Positions 10,451 through 19,551 of a DNA stretch of 39,355 bases are shown here, piece by piece. The notes below the pieces were generated by a model. That model saw nothing but the letters and a program-made list of their open reading frames with translations. It had not been told where the DNA came from and made no database searches. Origin of the DNA: an uncultured virus (IMG/VR IMGVR_UViG_3300030707_000002). Taxonomy: Duplodnaviria > Heunggongvirae > Uroviricota > Caudoviricetes. Location: IMG/VR virus record IMGVR_UViG_3300030707_000002; one strand, given 5' to 3'. Both the position numbers and the translations under genes were made by a program. The stretch's first letter is position 1. Each line of letters begins with the position of its first letter.

Positions 10451-12064
10451 ATGAGCTACGTCATCGATCGCAGACGGTACGCGCGAGAGTACATTCGGGC
10501 GATGGAAGAAAATCGGTTGATGTCCCGCACTTTTGTTGCGCTCGTGTCCCTCGCGCTCCTCGCGTGCAGTCCAGTCACTGAGTCGTCCGACGCTCAGAAA
10601 TCGGCGGAAGCACAGGTGTCCGACGCCGGAATCCTGGCCGACGCGCCGAATGCGGTGTTTGCTAGGATCTACCGACTCTCGCAGGGGGCGTTGGTCGAAT
10701 CCGAGGCCGCACCGTACGTCGACCAACGCCCGCAGACGGTCATCGACTACGACGCGTGCATTGCATTTGACGGGAAATGGAGATGCAAGAAGCCCAAGCC
10801 GCTGCGCCCGCGATCTGCTGGCGCCTTCAATCCGATCTTCCCGCCCGCCTGGGGAATCTCCGCGTGGTACGTTGCCTCCACCGGGTCGGACACCAACCCA
10901 TGCACGACGATCGCGCTGCCGTGCGCGACGTTCGGCGAAATCATTACCCATAGACTGGGTACGCAGTCGCCGACGTTGCTGCAGTTCACGGCATTCTACC
11001 TCCTGACGCCCCAGATCCCGAACACCGACGTCATCTTCTTCACGCCAAATTACGCAACGAGCCAAGATGCCTCCACCCTAGGTGGATCCGCTCTCTTCGT
11101 GACGCCGCAGACGGTCACGACATTCGAGGCAGGGGTGGTCACGCAGCCAGTCATCGTCGAGGGCGGAACTCTGCTCACGGTTGCCGGTATGCCGGATGGC
11201 GCGGCACCTGGCCAGCTCCTCGAGAACACGACCGCCGCCGGCCGCCAATCCTACGCGTACATTCTGTCCGTCGACGCTGGATCGGCGACCGTGGAGCAGC
11301 CACTGAACTTCGTTCCGCCGTCTCTAGGCGTGAGCACCAACAGCTCGTGGGCGCAAGGCGATACGATCGTACTGGAGAACCCGTCCTTGGCCAACGTCGG
11401 AGAGTGGTCCGGTCATGGCAACGTTGGAGTCTCGGCCGTCGCGATGGCCCAGATCAGTGGCAACTACAGCTTCACGAACTATGCGCTCTCATCTCTGCTT
11501 GTCCTGTCCAATGTAAGCGGCACATTGAACATTCGGGGCGGAACGGGCATCGCGCAGGCCGAAGGTACAGACGTGACCGGGATAGTCACCGCGGTCTCCG
11601 GCAATACAGGATTCGTCGCAGGGGCCTCTCGGTCGGAGTTTGTCTGCACATCCGGCACAACTGCCGTCAATGGCCAGACGATCCTACTGCCGAGTTCTTC
11701 CGTGTCCGCCAGTACGTTGGGGTGTGTCGCATCCTACGCCGGCGTATACATGGGAGCGGGCCAATTCAATGTGGAGGAGAACGGAACGGTTGTCCTGAAT
11801 AGCAACTCCGAGTGGGGCCTTTACTCCATGAACGCCAACTCAGGTGGCAACTTCTACAACTCATTCGGCGCCGCCGCGTGGGCGTCCACGCTTCTCACGA
11901 ACGGTCCCCTGTCGTTCGGCGGTGGTTCGACCGGTACCGGAAATAGCTTCAACCAGACGACCGGGACGTTCGGGCTAGGTCAGCCGATCACGATCGCGGC
12001 CCTGGTCGATGCCGGATCGCTGCTCGATCCGAACACCGGATCGGGTTACATTCTCTCCCATTGA
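10451..12064 (+). CDS. Putative surface/fibre protein with leader motif, internal lipoprotein-like signal and beta-helix-like body
   Basis: MSYVIDRRRYARE leader; MSRTFVALVSLALLAC at 10520; WYVASTGSDTNPCT-x-ALPCAT motif typical of pectin-lyase-fold N-termini; Ser/Thr/Gly-rich beta C-terminus. Confidence 0.7.
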   Translation: MSYVIDRRRYAREYIRAMEENRLMSRTFVALVSLALLACSPVTESSDAQKSAEAQVSDAGILADAPNAVFARIYRLSQGALVESEAAPYVDQRPQTVIDYDACIAFDGKWRCKKPKPLRPRSAGAFNPIFPPAWGISAWYVASTGSDTNPCTTIALPCATFGEIITHRLGTQSPTLLQFTAFYLLTPQIPNTDVIFFTPNYATSQDASTLGGSALFVTPQTVTTFEAGVVTQPVIVEGGTLLTVAGMPDGAAPGQLLENTTAAGRQSYAYILSVDAGSATVEQPLNFVPPSLGVSTNSSWAQGDTIVLENPSLANVGEWSGHGNVGVSAVAMAQISGNYSFTNYALSSLLVLSNVSGTLNIRGGTGIAQAEGTDVTGIVTAVSGNTGFVAGASRSEFVCTSGTTAVNGQTILLPSSSVSASTLGCVASYAGVYMGAGQFNVEENGTVVLNSNSEWGLYSMNANSGGNFYNSFGAAAWASTLLTNGPLSFGGGSTGTGNSFNQTTGTFGLGQPITIAALVDAGSLLDPNTGSGYILSH

Positions 12065-12090
12065 GCGTTGTACGAGAGCAGCAACCGTAG

Positions 12091-12390
12091 CTACTCCTTC
12101 TTGGTACCCACGGGGGTCTTCTTCGCGCCCGGCGTGCCTGGCCGGGTCGGCACCTCATCGGTTTCGAGCGGCACCGAGTGCGGGACGTCGCCAGCGCGGT
12201 CGAGCGGAATCTGCCAGTGCGATTCGAAGACGGCACGGATCGCCCCGCACTTGCGGCACCAGAGAAACCGCGATGCTTCGAGACTCCCGCTGCTCGTGCC
12301 CGTCCGGACGGTTGCCTCCACACTGCCGGCGGGCCGGTGCCAATACGACGACCCGCACACGCACGTGTCGGCGAGCGGGACGTCGGGCAT
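12091..12390 (-). CDS. Small Cys-rich hypothetical protein (CxC...CxxC)
   Basis: Fills the gap between plus-strand genes; CVCG and CRKCG motifs. Confidence 0.55.
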   Translation of the reverse strand: MPDVPLADTCVCGSSYWHRPAGSVEATVRTGTSSGSLEASRFLWCRKCGAIRAVFESHWQIPLDRAGDVPHSVPLETDEVPTRPGTPGAKKTPVGTKKE

Positions 12391-12461
12391 GACCTTGGAA
12401 CCTTACCGCATCCAGCAGAGACAGCTTGACCTTGCGCGCGGACCCAGGGCAGGCTCGCCGG

Positions 12462-13148
12462 ATGCTGAAAACAACCCTGCTACTCGGTCTCACACTCTGT
12501 TTGGCGGGTCTCACGATCCCGCTCGCGACCCCCTCGGTTCACGCGGGATCGCCGCCACCCACAGCCGAACCAGCAGCCCAAACCGCCACCATCGACACGC
12601 CGCCGACGGTCGAACCGCCCGTTGCACAACCGTCACAACCAGAGGACGACCCGTGGTTCGCGCCGCTGCGCGGGCGGGTCGAGCAACTGAGCGACGCCTA
12701 CATGGACACGCCGCATGTCAGTCGCGGGATTCGGGTGGGTGGAGAGCCAACGGCGACACGCACGGTGCGGCTCGACGCCTTCACCCACGACGTGCTCGGC
12801 GCCGTGCGGGCGCGGGCCGGGGAGCTGGCGCAGTTCGGACCGGATGCGGCATGGAAGTACGCGGTGACGCTCGCATGCATCGCACACAAGGAGACACGAA
12901 TCTCGAGCAACCCGTCGAAACTCGGCGACCAAGACAACGGAAAAGCCGCTGGATACTGGCAGATTTGGGAACGACGAGACCATGCCGATCGGTTCAGCGC
13001 GGCAACCGCGCTTGACATGCTCGTCCACGAGCCGACTTCGTCGTGGTCGTTGCCGAAGAACCATCCGTGGACCGGGTACCCCGATTGCGCAAAGTGGCTC
13101 GCAGCGCATCCGGCGCCGGGGATTGCTGCGGGCGCTACCGCGCCTTAG
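12462..13148 (+). CDS. Secreted lysozyme-fold/lytic transglycosylase-like protein
   Basis: Hydrophobic N-terminus MLKTTLLLGLTLCLAGL, Pro-rich linker, IAHKET (catalytic Glu position) and GYWQI (GxxQI) motifs; TTGACC-N18-CAGGCT promoter ends 6 nt before the ATG. Confidence 0.65.
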   Translation: MLKTTLLLGLTLCLAGLTIPLATPSVHAGSPPPTAEPAAQTATIDTPPTVEPPVAQPSQPEDDPWFAPLRGRVEQLSDAYMDTPHVSRGIRVGGEPTATRTVRLDAFTHDVLGAVRARAGELAQFGPDAAWKYAVTLACIAHKETRISSNPSKLGDQDNGKAAGYWQIWERRDHADRFSAATALDMLVHEPTSSWSLPKNHPWTGYPDCAKWLAAHPAPGIAAGATAP

Positions 13149-13171
13149 CTTTCCGGATCTTCGCAGCCTGG

Positions 13172-13207
13172 AGCCCGCCTGGACATGGTGTCCGGGTGGG
13201 CTTTTTT
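13172..13207 (+). terminator. Rho-independent terminator
   Basis: 14-bp stem AGCCCGCCTGGACA/TGTCCGGGTGGGCT (two G-U pairs), 3-nt loop, followed by a T run. Confidence 0.85.
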
Positions 13208-13224
13208 CTGACAGAATCAAGGAG

Positions 13225-13605
13225 ATGAGGATCCTCATCGTCGAAGACGATCCATCCACCCGTCAGGCGCTCGCCACGTTTCTCCGTGGATGCGGCCACG
13301 ACGTGTCCTCCACGTCCACCTGCGCCGGAGCCGTGCGCCTGCTCGCCGGCGAATCGCCGGAGTTGGTCTTGCTCGACATCGACCTCGGAGAGATGGAGCT
13401 CTCCGGGATCGACGTCGCGCGGCTGATGCGAAACGACGACAAATGGAAGGAGATCCCGATCATCATCACGAGCGCCATGCCTCCCGAGGACGTCCGTTCC
13501 AAGGCGAGAGAGAACGCCTTCGAGGGGCTGCACCACATCATGCTCGGCAAGCCGATTGGCCTGGACTCGTTGGTCGACCTAATCCGCCGCACACCGGATT
13601 GGTGA
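13225..13605 (+). CDS. Single-domain response regulator (CheY-like receiver)
   Basis: MRILIVEDD, PELVLLDID phosphoacceptor, SGIDV, IIITSA, GKP. Confidence 0.9.
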   Translation: MRILIVEDDPSTRQALATFLRGCGHDVSSTSTCAGAVRLLAGESPELVLLDIDLGEMELSGIDVARLMRNDDKWKEIPIIITSAMPPEDVRSKARENAFEGLHHIMLGKPIGLDSLVDLIRRTPDW

Positions 13606-13689
13606 TCGTGCTCTCTTCCTCACCGTCGCGATGATCGTCAGAACCGGTGTGGCGACCATCGACGTCCTGCTTTGGGATACACTGACCCC

Positions 13690-14340
13690 ATGACATTTAT
13701 CGCTGTGCGCGCACCGACCTGCACGATGGTCGACACCGACACAAAGATCACGAACGGATCGATCCTCGACGCCATCGCCAACCAGGGCTACGGAGGGATC
13801 CTCCGCTACACGCCGCTGCCGGGCAACAACCCCAAGGACGACATCGACCCGGATGAGCTCGAACGGATCCTCACGCACCCGGCGCGCTTCCTCGCTGGGT
13901 TCATCCAACATCCGCGCGACCCAGGCTGGCATCCGGCGGCGTGCAACCCCGAGGCGGATGCGCTGACCTCCGTGGGGTGGGCCAAGGCCGCGGGCTACGC
14001 GCCCGGAACGCACGGATGGTTCGATGCCGAGGGGATGGCGAGCCCCGTGACGGAAGCGGAAGCCATCGCCTACTACAACCCGTACTGCCACGTGCTCGTC
14101 GAGGAAGGTTTCCGAGCCGGCGGCTACGCCGGGTACGACGACGCGCTGACCGCCGTCGATCTCTACGACCTGCACGATGCAGATGCGTACTGGTCCGACC
14201 TCGCCAAACGCAAAGTGGCCAAACGCGGGACGGCGATCGTCCAGCGCGCGACGATCAGGATCCTCGGTCTGCCGTTCGATCCGAACGACGTGGCCCCGGA
14301 TCTGCTCGGAGAGACGCCCTACTTCACCCAGGCGGCATGA
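13690..14340 (+). CDS. DUF1906/Rv2525c-like (GH25-related) peptidoglycan hydrolase, putative endolysin
   Basis: GILRY, GYAPG-x-WFDAEG and GFRAGGYAG motifs; start placed at the ATG 6 nt after TACACT. Confidence 0.65.
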   Translation: MTFIAVRAPTCTMVDTDTKITNGSILDAIANQGYGGILRYTPLPGNNPKDDIDPDELERILTHPARFLAGFIQHPRDPGWHPAACNPEADALTSVGWAKAAGYAPGTHGWFDAEGMASPVTEAEAIAYYNPYCHVLVEEGFRAGGYAGYDDALTAVDLYDLHDADAYWSDLAKRKVAKRGTAIVQRATIRILGLPFDPNDVAPDLLGETPYFTQAA

Positions 14341-14445
14341 GAAGGAATCTTCCGATCCGTAACGGTTCTTCTCCTCACACGACCCGAAACCGCTCGCAAC
14401 TCCGCGATCTTCCTGTTGGCCGCGCTCTTGCGATAGCTGCCCGCC

Positions 14446-14688
14446 ATGAGCGAATGGGGAAATGGACGGTGCCCTTGCTGTCGCAAGCAAACGGAGACCG
14501 CACTCGGCCTGCTCTGCAACCGAACGGCGCGCGGGTGGGACAACCTCATGGGTCGCGAGCGCGCCGCAGAGCTCGCGCGCGCCGGCACCTGCCCGTGGTG
14601 CGGGCGAACGACGACGACGCCTGCGCGCATCCTGCTCGGACGGTTCGAGCCGCAGCTCCAGGCGTACACGCGGGAGCTGTCGTGGTGA
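14446..14688 (+). CDS. Small Zn-finger-like protein
   Basis: CPCC, LC and CPWC motifs; first of a coupled run. Confidence 0.55.
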   Translation: MSEWGNGRCPCCRKQTETALGLLCNRTARGWDNLMGRERAAELARAGTCPWCGRTTTTPARILLGRFEPQLQAYTRELSW

Positions 14689-14843
14689 GGCAGTACCTTG
14701 TCGAAGAAACCGACGTCGCCATCGTGGAGCGCGCAGCCAAACGCCTCTTCACCGAGCGCCGGCTAACCGGCGACGAGATGCGCAATCTGGCGCAAACCCT
14801 CGCGGCGGTCGCGAGTCGCGTTCGGGAGATCCCACTGCCATGA
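14685..14843 (+). CDS. Small hypothetical protein
   Basis: GTGA overlap with the upstream stop and ATGA overlap downstream (MRQYLVEETDVAIVERAAKRL). Confidence 0.55.
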   Translation: MRQYLVEETDVAIVERAAKRLFTERRLTGDEMRNLAQTLAAVASRVREIPLP

Positions 14844-15019
14844 GCCGTTCACGCGGTGGGCGCCGCTGCCGCATCCGATGCTGCTGCGATCGGCCGTCCC
14901 CCGTGTCCTTCGTGGAGCTCGCACACGCACGAAGAGAGGCAGTGGACGCGATGGACTCGGAAGTCTGGTGGTGGTTCGAGTGCTGGTCGTGCGGGTATGT
15001 CTGCACGTGCGAGGTCTAG
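14840..15019 (+). CDS. Small Cys-rich protein
   Basis: ATGA-coupled; CCCDRP and FECWSCG motifs. Confidence 0.5.
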   Translation: MSRSRGGRRCRIRCCCDRPSPVSFVELAHARREAVDAMDSEVWWWFECWSCGYVCTCEV

Positions 15020-15020
15020 G

Positions 15021-15320
15021 GTGAACTCACTGCTGCGCGATCACCCGTGGGCGTTCGAAGAGGCCGTGCGGCTCGCCGGCCGCGAAGGCGACGAACAAGC
15101 ATTCGCGCGCGAGCTCGAGGAAGCGATGTGGGCCGGCGACGTCGACCGGCTCTGCGAAATGGCGGGGTGCGGCTGCTGCTGCGGGGAGCACACCTTCGAA
15201 GGGTGTCCGTCCCGCGTGTGGGGCGGCTGCCGAGGGCAGGGATCGATGACGCGGGCGGAGCTCGAGTCATGGATGGCACACTACGAGCGATTCCACGGCT
15301 TGCCGCGTGAGCAGTTCTAA
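15021..15320 (+). CDS. Cys-rich hypothetical protein
   Basis: GTG start 1 nt after the upstream stop; GCGCCCGEHTFEGCP motif. Confidence 0.55.
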   Translation: MNSLLRDHPWAFEEAVRLAGREGDEQAFARELEEAMWAGDVDRLCEMAGCGCCCGEHTFEGCPSRVWGGCRGQGSMTRAELESWMAHYERFHGLPREQF

Positions 15321-15321
15321 G

Positions 15322-15546
15322 TCACTCCTCAAGCAGTTCGTCTAGGCACCTTACCGAGCACACGACGAGCAACTTCGGCGATTCACCCTCGTACGCAGGA
15401 CCCTCGATGCCGATCCACGCCTGGTCGGAGAGGAGCTGGACCATCTCGGGGGCCTCCGGATGCGGCGAGGTGGTCGAGTAAGCCGTGATCGGTTCCCCGC
15501 AGATGATGCAGGACAGCTTGCGCGTGATCTCCTTCGCCCAAGGCAT
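15322..15546 (-). CDS. Small Zn-binding protein
   Basis: CIIC and CSVRC motifs; convergent with the previous gene. Confidence 0.55.
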   Translation of the reverse strand: MPWAKEITRKLSCIICGEPITAYSTTSPHPEAPEMVQLLSDQAWIGIEGPAYEGESPKLLVVCSVRCLDELLEE

Positions 15547-15657
15547 GAATTGGCCACCCTACCCCATGAGAGCGACGGCCGTGGTGGTAACGGCCCCTTT
15601 ACGGGGCCTCCCACGGGTTGCATTCGCTCTTCTCCATGCGTTCGCGCTGACCAGCCT

Positions 15658-16015
15658 TGGTGGAGTCGCGGGCATCCGAGAGCCCGGTCCGCAAGAGCGC
15701 CGCAATCATCCTCTTCACGTGCGTAGTCGGTCTGAGGCTCCCGACGGCCTCGCGGTGTTTCGCGTGCGAGCATTCCGCCGCTCGGCCACCCTGAAGTCCT
15801 CAGCCACCCGATGGCTGGGCGCTGTCTGTCTCGTGTATTGACGCCCCGGCAGGTACTCGAGATCCTCGCTGCCGGGACGCACCGCGGATTTCTAGGCCGC
15901 GATGAGGTGCGCGTTGTCGTTCGCAGATAAAAACGGCTCGCTTGATCAAGACCGGGTCGAGCGCCGGTCGCACGCAGACGACTGTTCTTCTCCTCCGTCG
16001 AATCCTTTCGACCCC
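15658..16015 (-). ncRNA. ssrA: tmRNA (transfer-messenger RNA), 358 nt, tag ANDNAHLIAA*
   Basis: 5' GGGGUCGAAAGGAUUCGACGG pairs with 3' CGACUCC-ACCA, including the G3-U alanine identity pair; T-arm CGGGC/GCCCG; tag frame 15924-15892 GCG AAC GAC AAC GCG CAC CTC ATC GCG GCC TAG. Confidence 0.95.
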
Positions 16016-16025
16016 GAATGGGAGA

Positions 16026-16055
16026 AGACTACCTGAGCGGCCGTGAGGCGCGCAA
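16026..16055 (-). promoter_or_regulatory. Sigma70-type promoter for the tmRNA
   Basis: TTGCGC-N18-TAGTCT, ending 10 nt upstream of the mature 5' end. Confidence 0.6.
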
Positions 16056-16096
16056 CCGCTACCCCGCCGCCGGCGACCGGTGGTACGTTCTCCTCC

Positions 16097-16258
16097 GTGG
16101 AAGAGACTGCCATGATCCGCCGACCGTACATCCCGCCGCGCATGCAGCCGTTGGACGAAACCAATCCCCGCGCAGTCGCCCTCCGAGCCACGCTCGACGA
16201 AGCGCAGCTTGAGCGGCTCGCGAAGGCTGCATCGCGAACACAGCCGCCGATTCCATGA
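16097..16258 (+). CDS. Small hypothetical protein
   Basis: TGG-TACGTT box 7 nt before the GTG; divergent from the tmRNA. Confidence 0.4.
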   Translation: MEETAMIRRPYIPPRMQPLDETNPRAVALRATLDEAQLERLAKAASRTQPPIP

Positions 16259-16314
16259 GTTAGCGGCCTCCGCTGGGCATCCCGCGGTATGCCCATCTCG
16301 CGCACTGCGACGAC

Positions 16315-16379
16315 GTTCTAGCCGAAAAAAGCTTCGATTGACCCGTCAAGAGCGCAGCGTGAGGCTCTAGCAGAGCCGT
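16315..16379 (+). promoter_or_regulatory. Promoter cassette GTTCTAGC-N15-TTGACCCGTCAAG with GAGGCT 17 nt after TTGACC
   Basis: Second copy of the cassette at 10384-10450, with identical spacing. Confidence 0.6.
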
Positions 16380-18485
<2,106 letters not shown>

Positions 18486-18489
18486 AAAT

Positions 18490-18864
18490 ATGGCCGCTCC
18501 CGCTACCCCCATCGTCAACGCCACGCTCGCCAACGCGTTGGCCGTCGGGCAAGCAGCTCCCGTCGCCGACGGGAACTCGGGTGCGAACTTCACAGTCGAC
18601 TGGACGAAGGGGGCGACCCACAAGATCACCCTTAGTGCTACGTGCACGTTCGTATTCACCGCCCCCATCGGCCCTGTCACCAACGAGAACTTGACGATCT
18701 ACCTCACCCAGAACGGTGGATTCACGGCGACGTGGCCGGGCACGGTCAAGTGGACCGGAAGCGCGGCGCCGACGCTGACGAGCACAGCGGCCGCTGTGGA
18801 CATCATCACCTTCAAGTGGGACGGGACGAATTACTGGGGAATCCTAAGCCCCAACTTCGGATAG
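18490..18864 (+). CDS. Phage fibre-associated beta protein
   Basis: ATG 4 nt after the upstream stop; LTIYLTQ, TWPGTVKWTGSAAPTLT and VDIITFKWDGTNYWG pattern common in phage tail/fibre regions. Confidence 0.75.
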   Translation: MAAPATPIVNATLANALAVGQAAPVADGNSGANFTVDWTKGATHKITLSATCTFVFTAPIGPVTNENLTIYLTQNGGFTATWPGTVKWTGSAAPTLTSTAAAVDIITFKWDGTNYWGILSPNFG

Positions 18865-18867
18865 ATC

Positions 18868-19551
18868 GTGGCTGGACCCACATTCGTTCAGGGGGCGGTC
18901 AACAGCGACGGCGCCGGAACTGGAGTTGCTACGCTTGCGCAAGCGTTCGGATCCAACAACGTCACTGGCAATGCAATCGCGGTTATTGTCACATCATTCG
19001 ACACGCGAGCGAACCTTACCAACACCTCAGTGAGTGACGCACCCGGCGGGGGTGCCAGCAACAAATACTCACTGGTTGGTACTTTCGTAAACGTGGCGTC
19101 AGGGTGCTCGATACACGCCTACCTGGCCTCCAACATAAAGGCCGGCGCCAATACGGTGACTGTCAACTGGGGCACTGGCGGCGGCGACTTCCCTGATCTG
19201 TGGATCGTCGAAACGACATCGGCAATATTCGATGCTGTAGGGTTTGGCGGGGCTGCGTCGGGAGGAACGGCGCAAGGGATGAGCGCCACAGTCGTGCCGG
19301 TAGCCAGTAACGACTTGATTATTGAGACAGGTATCGTCGGATCGCACATCACGGCCGCTGAGGCAGGATATACCCAAAAGGTGCCTGGCGCAGGGATCGA
19401 TAACAATGGTGCATTCCTAGCTACCAAGGCAGGAGCTGCCGTCGGATCCCAAGCCGTGACGATGTCTCAAAACACATCGGACATCTGGGCGATGGTGGCG
19501 TTGGCCCTACAATCGTCAGCCGCGAATTGTATTTTCTTTGGTAGCGACTAA
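18868..19551 (+). CDS. Putative virion accessory protein (beta-sandwich), lower GC
   Basis: PTFVQGA, FGSNNVTGNAIAV, GANTVTV motifs; coupled to the next gene. Confidence 0.7.
   Translation: MAGPTFVQGAVNSDGAGTGVATLAQAFGSNNVTGNAIAVIVTSFDTRANLTNTSVSDAPGGGASNKYSLVGTFVNVASGCSIHAYLASNIKAGANTVTVNWGTGGGDFPDLWIVETTSAIFDAVGFGGAASGGTAQGMSATVVPVASNDLIIETGIVGSHITAAEAGYTQKVPGAGIDNNGAFLATKAGAAVGSQAVTMSQNTSDIWAMVALALQSSAANCIFFGSD

Noticed and set aside
12068..14843. 315 aa, 303 aa and 300 aa ORFs and the extended 12982 start
   Set aside because: They overlap better-supported genes; the 12982 extension crosses a terminator, and the receiver starts at 13225.
15658..15700. tmRNA 3' end as a prophage attachment site
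   Set aside because: No integrase and no duplicated 3' fragment in the window; phage-like genes continue on both sides.
15351..16305. Several ORFs across 15.35-16.3 kb
   Set aside because: The region is explained by the tmRNA and its promoter; the translations have no recognisable features.
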